Assembly (NCBI GenBank): GCA_965649825.1
Contig: OZ287703.1
Location: 124,001-188,000, forward strand
Reading direction: 5' to 3'
DNA from: Penicillus capitatus
Lineage: Eukaryota > Plantae > Chlorophyta
DNA length: 64,000 nucleotides
Shown piece by piece: positions 46,723 to 59,517 of the stretch. A program made the translations under genes and the position numbers. The notes beneath the pieces were generated by a model, which was given only the letters and a program-made list of their open reading frames with translations, searched no databases and had not been told where the DNA came from. Positions within the stretch are counted from its first letter, which is position 1. Each line of letters opens with the position of its first letter.

Positions 46723-48457
46723 TCATAGTCCATCCACACTGTCGTCTATGAATCGGGCGTAAAGGCCGTCACCGTGAGAATCGTTTGCCTCGTCCCACAT
46801 TGCTCGACCGGCAGTTTCGAAAGGCAGCAAGAAACAGCTGGCCACATCTGCCGCGAAGAACAAACTCGCAGAGAGAGCGCAGACGGTCTTCAGTCCAGCG
46901 ACGTCGAGCAACTCCCTGGCGAGAAAAGGCGAGAGCATGCCGCCGACCTGAGAGGCAGCGCTCACGGTACCTATGGCAAAGCACCGAGTAGATGAGGGAT
47001 AGAGTTCTGGCGCGAGCACAAATAAAAAAATATCGGTAAACTGGGCAGCCAGTCGTATGCCGAACAGAAAGACCGTCTGCCCGGAGGGAAACGCCAACAG
47101 CAGCAGCATTGAACACCAACAGATGCACCAACTGAGGAGCAACGATCTACAGAACACGTTCGATCGGATGACGATGAGATCGATTATCGATGAAGATCGC
47201 TTCACCTGACGCGTCCGAGATTTTCGACCGTTAATAACGCAAGAAGAGCACCAGGAAGCTCGGCTGAGGCGTCGATAAGGATCGACGCGTAATCGACGTC
47301 CGTCATGATGGCTTTCGTCGAATCGCAGGTTTCATCATCGTCGCCATCTGTTCGAATGGAGGCCGTCAGAATCACCGTTGCGTAGTATCCCACTCCGAGA
47401 ACGAACGAGAGAAACCACAGAATCGGCGTGATCTTGTCAAAAGGTCGTGCAAAAAGACTGCACAAACAGACGTCAGGAATTGACACTCTCTTCAAAGATG
47501 CATCTTTCACCTTGCCACGCGTTCTGCGACGTTCTGATCACTTGTCTCCTCTGGCAGGTTTTTCAACGATCCAAACGGAAGCGTGGTTCCGTTGACGCGG
47601 GCGATACGTTCAAGAACGTCTTTGGCGCGGTTGCCCTGTCTAGTGACGAGCAGATAACGCGGAGATTCTGGCAGAACGACGACGAATGGCAACAGTAGCA
47701 CTGTGTACCAACCACATCTTAGACGGAGTGCATTCGAGAGGGCGAGCGTCATTACGTGAAGGCATGGCAGTGACAAATGTCAGCACTCTCCATCCATACC
47801 GAGGGACGACCAGCCATGCCAATGCTGCTTCGCTTACAGCTCCCAGTCCCCAGAAGAGCTGAAAGCAACAGAGGCCGTATCCTCGGAAAGCGGTCGGCAG
47901 AAATTCGGAATACGTCGAAAGACACGTTGCCAGACCGCCAACGCCGATTCCGACGATGCCTCTCACGGTCATGAGAACGGCGTAGTTGGGAGCGATGGAG
48001 GCGATGACGCTGGCAATGCCTTCGACCGTAAGGGACAGTATGACGCCGAGTCTTCTGCCGTAGCGATCGGCAATCGATCCCCACAAGTTAGAACCGATCG
48101 CCATTCCGAGAAACACGGCAACGGAGAGCATCGTCTGCTGCACAGTGCTCAGACGCCATTCGCATTTCACCTAAACAAGATAGAAGAGGTAAGGCGCTAT
48201 CTGACAAGTCATATTGTGTACGGACGGACGTTGGGTTCGAGATAGGACATGAGAACGATATTGGCCGAGAATGTCGCACAGCCGATTCCGAGGACGAAGA
48301 GAAGCTGCCTCTGAGCAGCACCGTGCCCGATGAACGTCAACGCTTCGTCGACCGAATAGCGACGGAATGGCTCAGCTGACGCATCGCCGTCGCTGTGGCT
48401 TGTGTCCGTGAGCGCGTTGACGGAGGGACTTCGGTTTCCGACTCCCTTAGTTTCCAT
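46723..48457 (-). CDS. MFS transporter, SVOP/OCT7-like (organic cation/sugar-porter family), 5 exons
   Basis: YSVDEALTFIGHG, WGSIADRYGRR (MFS motif A), SEFLP...RG, LPESPRYL, PELYPSSTR; introns splice in frame. Confidence 0.87.
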
Positions 48458-51389
48458 CGCTTTAGTGAAAAACGTCGCTGGTGACAAAGATGTGCGGATC
48501 AGTGTCGAATATCGAAAGGAGAATGGGAGTCCGCATGAAGTGGGAGGGTTTGACGCAAGAGAATATCTTTTGCTTTGACTCGAGGCAAAGAATGCTGAAT
48601 GTGAAGCACGTCATCAACGCGTTACGCTATGAAAAAAGCAGAGGATGTAATGGTCTATTATGGCATCCTTACGTGACAGCCACGCCAGCTGTGCGAAGTG
48701 TCGACGCTCTTCTATGACACGATTTCGACAGCGACGTGGGCAGTGCGACAGTTTTTAGTCGTCTGCGATGAGACGATGCATAAATACTCGATTTATCGAT
48801 AGATACGTTAGCGTAGTGTTGTGGGCGACGCTGTTCTTGTAGCCGATTGATATATTCTGGTGTCGATCGACGGACGAATTGATGAATTGGGCGTCGATCG
48901 TCTCGACGATGTTCTCGATGTCAATCTTGATCGACGAAACGCAAACGAAGTCATCTGACAGTACACGCGCATATCGACAAAGCAAATGGGTCGAAAAGTG
49001 GATGCGTAGAGTCGAGACAAAAAAAGCAATGATAAGAAAGAATTAGGTAAGAAGATCACAACGTCCGAGATCTCTAGTAGCCATCCGATCGCGTATGTTG
49101 AGCGATAGAAATAGTTGTAAACACCCGATCGGTTCTTATGCGATGAATCGATGAATCACACTGCCGCCACGAGTGAAGTTGATACGACGCATATATAACT
49201 GTCGATTCAACGACAATCGAATAAACGATTGCTAATCGAAGTTTGTTTCAAGCAGTTCGACAAAATCCCGTCATCGACACGAGAATCATCAAAATTATAT
49301 GGATCTGTCGACTAGTCTAAGATCTAATGTTCTATTCTTGTTTTTCTGCTTCGATCTTTAGTAAATACTGAGATCCCGGCATTTGGTCAATCGATTAAGA
49401 AAAATATTTGACGATCGATTCGCCGATCAGAACTTGACGATGTCGAAATGATCGACGCAATGCCATAGGTCAATTACTAATGGATTATCAATACTGTCGC
49501 TTTCGCCGGTAGAACGCACGAAAACGCAAATAACGACCACGTCTTATTGATTACAAAGACAGTCAAGAGATGTAGTCTGGATTTCTGATGCAGAAAACAA
49601 ACGAACACGCTTTATTGAACGGACGAATAGCCTTCTGCGCCTATCCTTGGTCAGCTTCTCCCAAGGTGGACACTTTGTGACAGCGACAAAGAAGTCGTTA
49701 CGTCGCGGCGCGACAATGTGCGCCGCGAGCATTTGGAAAAACGGTAGCTTAGTTTTTTTTTCGACTGTCGATGTATTAACAGAAAAGAGTCAAAAGACTG
49801 TACTCTTCGATCAATTGTTTTTATCGGATGCTTACCTGCAACTCGAGTCAAGTTGTTTACATGATGTCCTTGCTACACGCCGTGGTTTTGTATCCCACTT
49901 CTCTCTTTGCATATCGACAGGGATACCTACCTTCGGCCAATCAAAGACAATGGAATTTTTAAAACCTCGAATAGCAAGCAATGCCGATCTCGGGCCAAAC
50001 AGAACCTCGGAACAATACGGGTGTTAGAACGTTGGCGGTGGTATTAGACTCAAAGTTCCTATAGAACCTTTTTCTAGAAAAATGCGTCTCATCCAACAAT
50101 TTAACCAGTCTTATTCATGCCTTTATAACGTATAGAGGAGCGGCAGAAGTTCGACATGGTATCTCCTTCATCAGTCCATCAAAGAACCACCATGACAACA
50201 TTTCCCGGAAGCCTCGACATCCAGAAACCCGACAACTTGTTACGCACTTGGGCAAGATGCAAACTTAGTGCTTCCTTTGCGACCACGACGCGATGCGCAA
50301 AACTACTGAGAATGCTCGAAGTATCTCATGGCAGTGATGTGACGTAACATTGCATACTTAATACTGAGTAATCGGGCCATTTTCTCACCGTGCTCTCACT
50401 AAACTATGACCCTCACTCTGTCACAGCCATCCTCACATATCTCACTCGAATCTCAACTAATCTGATGGGACATTAGCAGCTTAGACGCGCTCTGTGCCAC
50501 TTAAACACCAGCCTCACTCTCGTGCGCCATAAAGTGTAAACGGCAATTGCCTCGTACACGTGAAGTATTCGATTCTCCATTGTATATTATTTCAAATTCT
50601 ACTCCCACTAAAGATAACAAGTAGCCTTATAAACTTAAAAACATAGACCAAATCAATGCAATGTTTGACCCAATCAGGGCTAGAGATCAAAAAAAAAAAC
50701 TAAAGATCGATATGATTTAACTATTGAAAATAAGGATGAACTTCCAATTCAATTCAATCAGAATGGTTTTTTTAATTGATCAAACTGAAGACGGAGAGTA
50801 TTTGAAGGTGTATTATGAAATACTTGGGAAGATGTTTACGAATTAGAAAATTTTAGCGCGGAGAAAGAAAACTAACTCACGCTAAAATTTGGCCAAAAGG
50901 CTTTACCCATGCATAAATATCGACTGCGTGTATCAAAAAACACAACTCGCGTCGAGAACCAATCAAACATCCACCAGAAAAAGCCACAGAACCATGCGAT
51001 TTCGAGCCTGTAAAGCGGTGAGAGCCGCCCAGCTCACCGGAATCTTGCATCCTGACTCGTCGTCGTCAAAAACGCTGACGTCACCAGAGACGTAGTCGCA
51101 GAGTATCCGAACCGAGTTCGCGCAGCACTTAAGTGTAACACGGTCTACTTTCCGCAGAGGGCCTCGCTTGGATTGAGACTTGGCATGAAGGCATCTCCGT
51201 AGACTTGCTATCTGATGCAGAAGACAATACCCCAAACGGTGCCACCAGCGATGCGAACCTCGAAGTCGCATGGCACGTAAATCAGGTGTAACGCGCATAC
51301 ATGAGAAGAAGATACGGCCGAAGACGCTGTATGCGAAGCAACGCGAATAACTGCCACTTAGATTACCAATCTGCGTTGCTCAATGCCCA

Positions 51390-51558
51390 CAATTGTCGCG
51401 CAGTCGACGGCCGACGCGCTAACGACGAAGGTGTGTCGTTTACAGAAGACTGTTGTATCGATTAATGTTTGGAATTTATACGCGTAGACGTACACACGCG
51501 TCACATCTACGCGTCTCCGTGGTCAGCTGCACGAAGGTGGGCAGCTGTCCATTGACAA
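51390..51558 (+). repeat. Diverged dispersed element (second copy of 15660-15795) with a small internal hairpin
   Basis: Shared motif blocks; extra ACGCGTAGA...TCTACGCGT inverted repeat at 51480-51514. Confidence 0.75.
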
Positions 51559-52049
51559 CAATACAAATGAATGTCTAGACTTAAATTTTTCGATCCTTTC
51601 AGCCGTCGAATCTCCACGAATAGCCTTCCAACACGGTCGATTGGCCCGATCTCTAAGGATTCGTACAATCTACGATGGCGACGTATTGGCTCTCACTGCG
51701 ATATATATAATTTCATATTTACATGGTGCATGAGTTAACATATGCGATGAGTGAGTGACCAACATAGAGAGAGCGTTAATCATGATGCGAAAACGCAGAA
51801 GAAGTTAAGACATTTGTGAGAGCAGAGTTTGTTACAAAACGATGCAATGAGACAAGAAATATAGAAAAATCTTACAATATTGATCAAACGTTACAAAGGT
51901 TGTGTATACTCTTATGGCAATGAAGTTCGCTTGAATGTTCTTAATCCATACATCACATCATCAAGAATTTCATAGGTATTTTCGTAGATGCATTGAGAAC
52001 TTTACTTGTATGTTCACAGGTGTTCTCATTGCATCGTTAGAAGTTCATT

Positions 52050-52807
52050 CGCATTTTTATGTAAGTTCATCTGGAAATTCGACACGATTTCTCAACAACG
52101 GCCACATCTGCTAATTGAGTTCGCAGTTTCTTGGAAGACAGTATTGATGACCAGGTGGGGAAGCGAGTTACCAATCTGTAAAAGAGTTGTACATGCAATC
52201 GGATTATTTCAGCAGATAGACTCTGAAACTAAGTTCTAAAAGCGGTAGATAGTCGAGTCGGTAGATTCGTCCAAAAGCTCGAATCTTTGCAGATACAGTC
52301 GATTCGCCATGTGGCCGGATAGAAGTCTGCGGAGAGCTGAACTAATTTCTAATGAATCTCCGCCAGTTTGACCATGACATCTTGAATTGATTGAACTCGG
52401 TAGCTTCGAGCAAGCCGGCTGGCTGTGTCTGACGAGTTCCAGTTAGTTTTGCCAATGGTGTCGATGAAGAAGGTGGCCTCAGAGCGAAGCATCTTCAGGC
52501 TCGATTCGTTGCCGCGGTGCAGTGAACCCAGAATGATCTTCTGCCATCTTTCCCATTTTTCTTGCGACATAAAATGGTCATGCTGACTCTCTATGAGGGA
52601 CAGCGGTGACGGATAGGTTCAAGCAGAGGTGGTATACGACGAGAAAATAGTGCCAGTGGCAAGATTGACCTTTTCAGATAGTCTGCGACGAGTAATTCCT
52701 GCATCCGGTGACCTTTGGATTGCTAACGCGAGGACCGCAGTTGTAGACGTTGTTCTCTCACAACGATGGTTTAATTGGAGTGCGCACAGCACGTGCTTTT
52801 TAGGCAT
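52050..52807 (-). pseudogene. Decayed intronless ORF of unknown family
   Basis: ORFs 52619-52807 and 52349-52570 are in the same frame, which continues protein-like to ~52050 through three isolated stops (...KLAEIH*KLVQLSADFYPATWRIDCICKDSSFWTNLPTRLSTAFRT*FQSLSAEIIRLHVQLFYRLVTRFP...). Confidence 0.45.
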
Positions 52808-52914
52808 TTATTGTTCATAACATGGCAAAACCGCAGAATGTTTAGTGACAAAATTAAACCAAAAAAGAATAGAGTGGATGCCTTTCGGTCAAAGAATAAC
52901 GAAACAAGTACGTT

Positions 52915-54528
52915 TCAACTTGCCGTTCTCGGAACGACGTTAAGCGGAATCCCTTTCGCCGATTCGATGACGACACCGTTTTTCCCATTGAGCATAAGTT
53001 CATCGAATGGTATGACGGTTTCGAAACGGAACTGAGTGAGCAGCTTGATGAGGACCAGGCGCATCTCCATCATGGCCAGTCTCTGTCCGGCGCAGTCCCT
53101 CGGACCGTAAGAGAATCCAAGGTAATGCACATGAGACATGTCTTCATCGGTCAACCAGCGCTCCGGTCGGAAGACTTCGGGATCGCCCCACTCCTTCTCC
53201 GTTCCGATCCAACGCGTACCCGGGACGGTCACGAGAGTACCCTTCGGAACTCGATATCCCATCAGCGTTGTGTCGTGCGGAACCACCGAAGGTCTTGTCC
53301 CCGCGACGATGTAAGCAATCCGCATGCCTTCCTTAATGACGGCTGTTAGAAAGGGCAGTTTTCCCAGATCTTCAAAGACGACCTCCCTTGCGCCGTCTCC
53401 GTAAAGTCCTCGTTCTCTCAGCTCCTCCAAGATTTTGTCGACGACACCGGGATGCTCGGCTAGAATGGAGAAGAGCCAGGCGAGCTGATGCGCCGAGGTG
53501 TCTGTCCCTGCGAGAATGACAAGCGCAACCTCGGCTCTGAAACTCTCATATGACATCGGCACGTCTGTCTCTGAATGGTAACAGCTTCGTAATCCGAACC
53601 AGAGTGGACGAGAACCGTCTGTCGGCGCTTCTTTCTGTAGAATCTCTTTAGTGATCTTGTCGTATTCCTGCGTCAGACGATCGATCGCTCTCTGCCTCTT
53701 CCGTGCGCCTTCCAAGCGAGGGAAGAGTTTGTAACACGTTGTTGTGATGGGATCGAATAATCGTGCCTTGAAGATGTGCCCGACCTCGATCATAAGCTCT
53801 GGGATGTTGCCACTACCATCCATTCCTCCCAGCGTCGTGTCAAACGCAACAGCTCCAATGACGTCCAGAGCGAACCGAACAAGGAGGTGCTGAAAATCAA
53901 TGGCCCCTTCGGTCCTGCGTGCTTCGATTGTGATGACCAATTGGTTTAGGAGTTTCGATAACGATGGCAACGCCTTCTTGAGATTGCTGGTTTGCATGCT
54001 GGAAGCATACTCCTTGCGTATAGCCTTGACATAAGGTGACACGGCGGACGCCGCCAGCAGATTTGGTGATTTAGAACTTAGGCCTACGAGCTGCCGAACA
54101 TTCTTGCCGACGTCGTACGCAAACAACGATCTCTTACGATTCTCATTTCTCTTTCGCCTAATGTGGAGCGATGGAACGCCGCAGACCGGGATAGCACGAC
54201 AGATTTCGCGCAGTGTTGGTCGGTTATCGTCAACATCGACGAGCCGAAGACTGTCACCTGCCATACATTGCCTCAACCATCAACCATCTCCAGGAGCGGA
54301 TCCACTCACCCTCATGATTTTGGGAAATCCGAGTTGGCGCATCCAACGTGCACGCAGAAAACATTCCTCTTCGTTGCCTCGGATTATGTTAATCATGTCT
54401 AGCGTCTGTCCCAAAAGAGGAAGTCCACGCGGCGTGGGTATCTTGTGAAGGTCATATCGCAGACGTCGCCAGAGGACACGCGTCGCCACCCATGTCAGCA
54501 ACGCAAGTAGCAGACCGTAGACTAACAT
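52915..54528 (-). CDS. Cytochrome P450, ER-anchored, 3 exons
   Basis: N-terminal TM anchor and Pro-rich hinge (IPTPRGLPLLG), I-helix AGTDTS, EGMR (ExxR), FRPERW, heme motif FSYGPRDCAG. Confidence 0.93.
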
Positions 54529-56052
54529 CGTGCTGCAGCAACGTCTCCAAACTGTCGCGTTCGTTCGTTCGTGCTGCTGACTCGATTGCGCGAGTGGACG
54601 AAAGACGCTGTCAGCCTCGTCGAAGCAATGATGACGACGTAGATACGCCCACGTCGCTGTCAGGGACGCTGGAGATGAGATGAAATCAATGTTTTAAAAT
54701 AAATTCTTACTTGTACTCTGGTGATAAAGTTGCAGTTGCAATCCATTAACTTTCTTGTCGAGGATAGCCTATTTCAACATAGGTATGATCTTTTGGGTTT
54801 TCAAGCTGGTCTAATTGAGTATTCGTTGATAGTATGATTCTTCAAACTTCGGATAGTCGATGGACCTTTATGGACCACGTCGGCAATTTGCATCAGGTGA
54901 GCTTTACAGCCGTTGCATTTGTCGCATTTGCTATCAATCATACAGAAACCATCGAATCTGGTGTAAACAAATCCCGATGTAGATGACAGATGCAACCGTT
55001 GTTACCTACACATTAAAAACTCGTCTTTTTGTTTGGGAATTATGACAGTGGTTGATCTATCTGTTGTCATTGTGTTCACAAAACAAGTGCATGTTCCATT
55101 GGTTTCTCAGGAAGGATGCGTCCAGTGGAAATCTTTTTTCCAGACACATTTCATCGAGATTTGGCAATTTTAGAGGCAGTGAAGTGCATCATTGTATTCT
55201 TGGTGTTCGATGAAGTCTTCGTTCACTCTATGAATTGCTCTTTGTCATTACCAGTGTCCAAAGTACATAAAACGAATATAACTGGCACTTTTAGAAGAGA
55301 ATCACTCTACTTTAATGTGTACTTAGACCACCGATCTCTTTCCTCCCGCAATTTCTATGGTATTAATACATACACCTAATGAGAGTACTTCGCCGGCAAT
55401 TCGATTGTGGTGTGGCTTTTTTTGGAGGGGGGCTCGAAGACATCTCGAACTTGACAGGACTTACAAAACAAGGTCGATCGACTCGACCGCAATTGAACGC
55501 GAACGATCGGTGTTTATTCTGTCTATCGATATCGATCGAGCAATCGACGCGAGTGCGATCGAACGCGATCGATCGAATCGGAATTCAAAGAAACCCAAAT
55601 ATCGACGTGTTGGCGTCGAAGGATACATTTCTCGCTTATCATGAACCATGCACTATTCTTATCGATATCGCCACCTAGCAACAAAGATTTGGTTGTCGAG
55701 ATTAGAAAGCAACATATCGATCCGACCACCATTTCGCGAAAAGGCGTTTCCGAATCAGAATTTGATACCAACAGCTATGTCTCATGGAAAGAAAACGTCA
55801 ACCGATTAAAGACTTATTGCCTAACGCAATACACGATCGCTCGATCGTTCCGTCTGTCATTTATTGGTGTCGTGACTGCGCTTGACGCATATTCAATAAT
55901 GATCGACGTCGAGTAACCCATTCGTACACGACCTTCGCCTCCACAGCTGTCCGCTGGTACACCCGCCTTTAGCGATTCGCTGTGCAAACTATCCCGAGTC
56001 GTTTAGTCTTGTCCCTTTGAGAACGCCCAAAGACGAGGAAATCCTTGACGAA

Positions 56053-57480
56053 ATGGACGCACTTTATTGGTGCTTTTTCTTCGTCGGCTGCTCTGTAATA
56101 ACTCCATGGAACGCCTATATCAGTGCCGTTGACTACTATGACGGTATCTACCCTGTTAGCATCAATGTTCAATGCATCTCCATCGTATAACAGTTCTCTC
56201 TGTTTTAGGATCGAGAAGTCATACGATGGGTCGTTTCGAGTCATTTAACTGGGACATTGGTCGGCATCACAGTCAATAGCTTGACGCCAGGAAAAATCAT
56301 GTCCCGTATTTCGTTCGTCTTCATCTTATACACTTTCATCGTTCTCTCAATTCCTGCTGTAAATACCCCGCCCAATTAATAAGATGTCACATCAGAAGAG
56401 GTATGTTCAGGTGGACTGGTTGATCATCGAAGATGGCAAAGGCACTGACATGACATTCGCATTTCTCCTTGTGTCGACCACCATCTCTGGCATCGGATGC
56501 GGAATCTTGGAGTCATCCTTAGCGGGATTGTCCATCTACCTGCCTTCCGACTATTATCATGTAACGCATGATGTCACTCGTGTGCATCACGATCGTTTTT
56601 GTGATAGGGATATCAAACTGGATTCGGTTTTTCTGCCCTGATCATCGCGACGATGAGGATCATCACAAAGGCAGCTTTCACACACTCCGCAGACAATCTA
56701 CGCACGAGTGCCTTTCTATTCTTCGCTCTAACCGTACTCATCTGCATCGCGGCATTATTCGTACAGCGACAAATCATGAGCTCGCATCCTTTATGTCTGT
56801 CTCTCTCACAAGACACCACACAGCAGCCTTTTCTTGAAAACGATGAATCGGAGAGAGAAGACCCGCCAGTCCTCCCTGACCGATCCACCGTGAAATCATG
56901 GCTCGCCGCCGCATCCGACATCAAAGTGGCATGCGTTTGCATCGCCCTCAATGCAGTATTTACGCTTGCCATCTTTCCCGGAATCCTTTCCGATGTTGAG
57001 GTAGTGACAGTGAGATGAGAAGCCTGTTCTTAGCTGTCTTGTTCAGTGTTCTGTCGTTGGCGATTGGTATGGTGTGATTCTCGTGATGGTCTACAGTACC
57101 AGCGACTTTGCTTCGAGATTGATATTTGTTCAGTGGATAACAGCAGAGCTGTTGCCTGTTGCTTGGAGTCTGGCATTCAAAGCTCTCTTGATTCCTCTCG
57201 CCTCCGTCGCCGTCCAGTACTTGTCAAATCCATTTGTCATTACTGCCCTCGTCGTGGCAAACGCCGCATCTCACGGGTTAAGATCCCAGGAAGTGTCTAT
57301 CGACGTCATTGTGTGATTGATAGGTTTGTTATTCTGTGCTGCTACCGAATGGGACAGAAAGAGATGGAAGGTAGAAATGCTTCGTTCCTTGCGGGAAAGG
57401 TTCTGGTGTTCGTCATGGTAATGGGATACACAACTGGATCATACTTTTCTGTCATCTTGAACAGAATCGGCGTGTTCTAA
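56053..57480 (+). CDS. Equilibrative nucleoside transporter paralog 4, 6+ exons (start may lie further upstream)
   Basis: LYWCFFFVGCSVITPWNAYISAVDYY, RIITKAAF, shared intron positions. Confidence 0.86.
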
Positions 57481-57848
57481 CTAATCTGCGATTGGATCAA
57501 AATAGTTCGATTCGATCCGACTTGATTCGTTTCGATCACGATGGATGCGTTCAATCGCGAATACCGAAAGCGCCGACGATCGATCAGCTTAACACCTCAA
57601 CGATTTTCCGATCGAATCGACGCGATCGATGAATCTTCTTGTTTCGTTCTTCCTGAAGCGTTTCTAAAACTGTTAAAGAGATGCAACTAACGCTGGCCTC
57701 CACATCCGTTACAATCGATCATTTCTTCCTTTCACGTCACATCACTGCAGCGTTCAAGACATCGTACACACCTGGTTGCACTCGACCGCCGTACCTCGAA
57801 AAATCAGACCAATACATAAGACCCTGTCTTCCCTGTTTCTGTCCAGTC

Positions 57849-59422
57849 ATGAACCGTTCTGATGAGGAGGCCCCTTTACTTCCCCACGTACGCCCTCATG
57901 AACACGACATCTCTGATAGAACGCACAAACAGTCATACCTTCAGGAGGTTAGCTCAACAACTCTACCTTCGCTTTCGTTCTGACATTACTGTCACAGAAA
58001 GACGTGCTCTACTGGTCCTATCTATTACTGGGGTTTGGACTCCTGACACCTTGGGCGTCATTCATGGCGGCAGTTGATTACATCGAGTCTATCTATCCGG
58101 TATCGTATGAGAAAGTGGCAAAGTGTGAGAAGCTAATGAGCGTGAACAGGGTCGCGATGCCTTAAGATGGCTGACAGTATTTTTCTATCCACCCATGTTG
58201 CTCAGCCTTATTCTCAATAGCGCTGTCCCTTTCAAGATCCAAGGTCACAGTCGAATTGCTTGTGGATTTCTCGGCTTCTCACTCTTTCTCTCATCCATTC
58301 CGGCGGTATGTCTCACACTCTAACACTGCATACCACCCATGCTGTCACATCAACTAGATCGATTTCTTCGTCATCTCTGGCAACAGAGGATCAAATAGCA
58401 CGTTCGGATTGCTGTTAATGGCAGGTGCCTGTGTTGGTTGCTCCAATGGACTCGTGGAGGGATCGATACTGGGTCTCACTCTTTTTCTTCCCTCACAATA
58501 CTACCAGGTATCCCACTCGGCACTCCTCTCTTCGGCACAGTTGAATTCCAGGCTTACACGAGTGGCGGCGGAGCGGCAGCGATCTTTGTCACATTGCTGC
58601 GGATGTTCACCAAGGCGGCACTGACAAATTCGTCGGACGGTTTGCGAATCTCTGCGTCTGTTTTCTTTCTGACCTCGGCGTTTATCTGTTTTGTCTGTTT
58701 TCTGGTTCAGAGATGTGTCATTATGCCACATCCTATATTCCAAGATCTCGTTCTTTTTGCCTCTTCAAGCGAAAACGATCGCCCCGACTCTCCATCGACT
58801 GACGGTGGCGCATCCTTGCCCTCTTTCCTCCATTTCGATGTTTTTCGAAAACTTCGTATCAGTCTTCTGTCGTTAATTTTGCTGTACATTACCACCACGA
58901 TCATGTTCCCCGGCGTCCCCGCCGATGCCGAAGTAACATCCTTCTCTGATGTGACGTCTCTTACTAACCGAAATGCTGCAGAATGCGACGCTGGGAGACT
59001 GGTACAAGATTCTCTTGGTATTGATCTACTCCATCGGCGATTTTGTCTCGCGAATTGTCCCGCGTCGCGCCATCTGTACGGCAGAGTTGCCGATTGCTAC
59101 TGCTGTGGTCCTTCGAGGTCTGCTCATCCCCATCGTCTTCTTTGCTGTTCGGTACCTCTCCCATCCCCTTACACTCTCTGGCCTCATGCTCTTCCTGGGC
59201 CTCACCAACGGGTACGATCATCGTGGCATCTCACATCTAGATGATCCGCCTGCCCTATCGTCTCCCCTTAGGTACGGGACGCTGTGTGCCTTTGCTCTGG
59301 GTCAGAAGCGGATGAACGATGTCGAAGAGTCCTTCATCGGTGGCAATTTTTTGATCATCGCTCTCATTCTTGGGATTAATATCGGATCATTCGGATCACT
59401 GGGTTGGGCACGACTAGCATAG
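57849..59422 (+). CDS. Equilibrative nucleoside transporter paralog 5, 7 exons (tandem with paralog 4)
   Basis: LYWSYLLLGFGLLTPWASFMAAVDY, RMFTKAAL, shared intron positions; N-terminal acidic dileucine-like EEAPLL. Confidence 0.88.
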
Positions 59423-59517
59423 ACAGACTGACGGACATTGCATTTAATGCATCTCCTCCAATTGATGTCATCGTTAGTGGCCGTTGCTTTCGTTGCTTCT
59501 CGTACTGCGTGCGCGTC

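Noticed and set aside
50688-50699. A-run as a retrotransposon poly(A) tail
   Set aside because: Short run in generally AT-rich DNA; no TSD or RT/endonuclease remnants recognised upstream.
52050-52807. Read-through of TAG stops suggesting the ulvophycean TAR=Gln alternative genetic code
   Set aside because: Well-conserved genes here end at TAG/TAA exactly where homologs end (At1g16080-like TAG, ENT3/ENT5 TAG, TPR TAG, LPEAT TAA), their exons contain no in-frame TAR, and this relic also has a TGA stop.
52915-54528. P450 with neighbouring MFS/ENT transporters as a biosynthetic gene cluster
   Set aside because: No scaffold-forming enzyme (PKS, NRPS, terpene synthase) in the window; the adjacency alone is not supportive.
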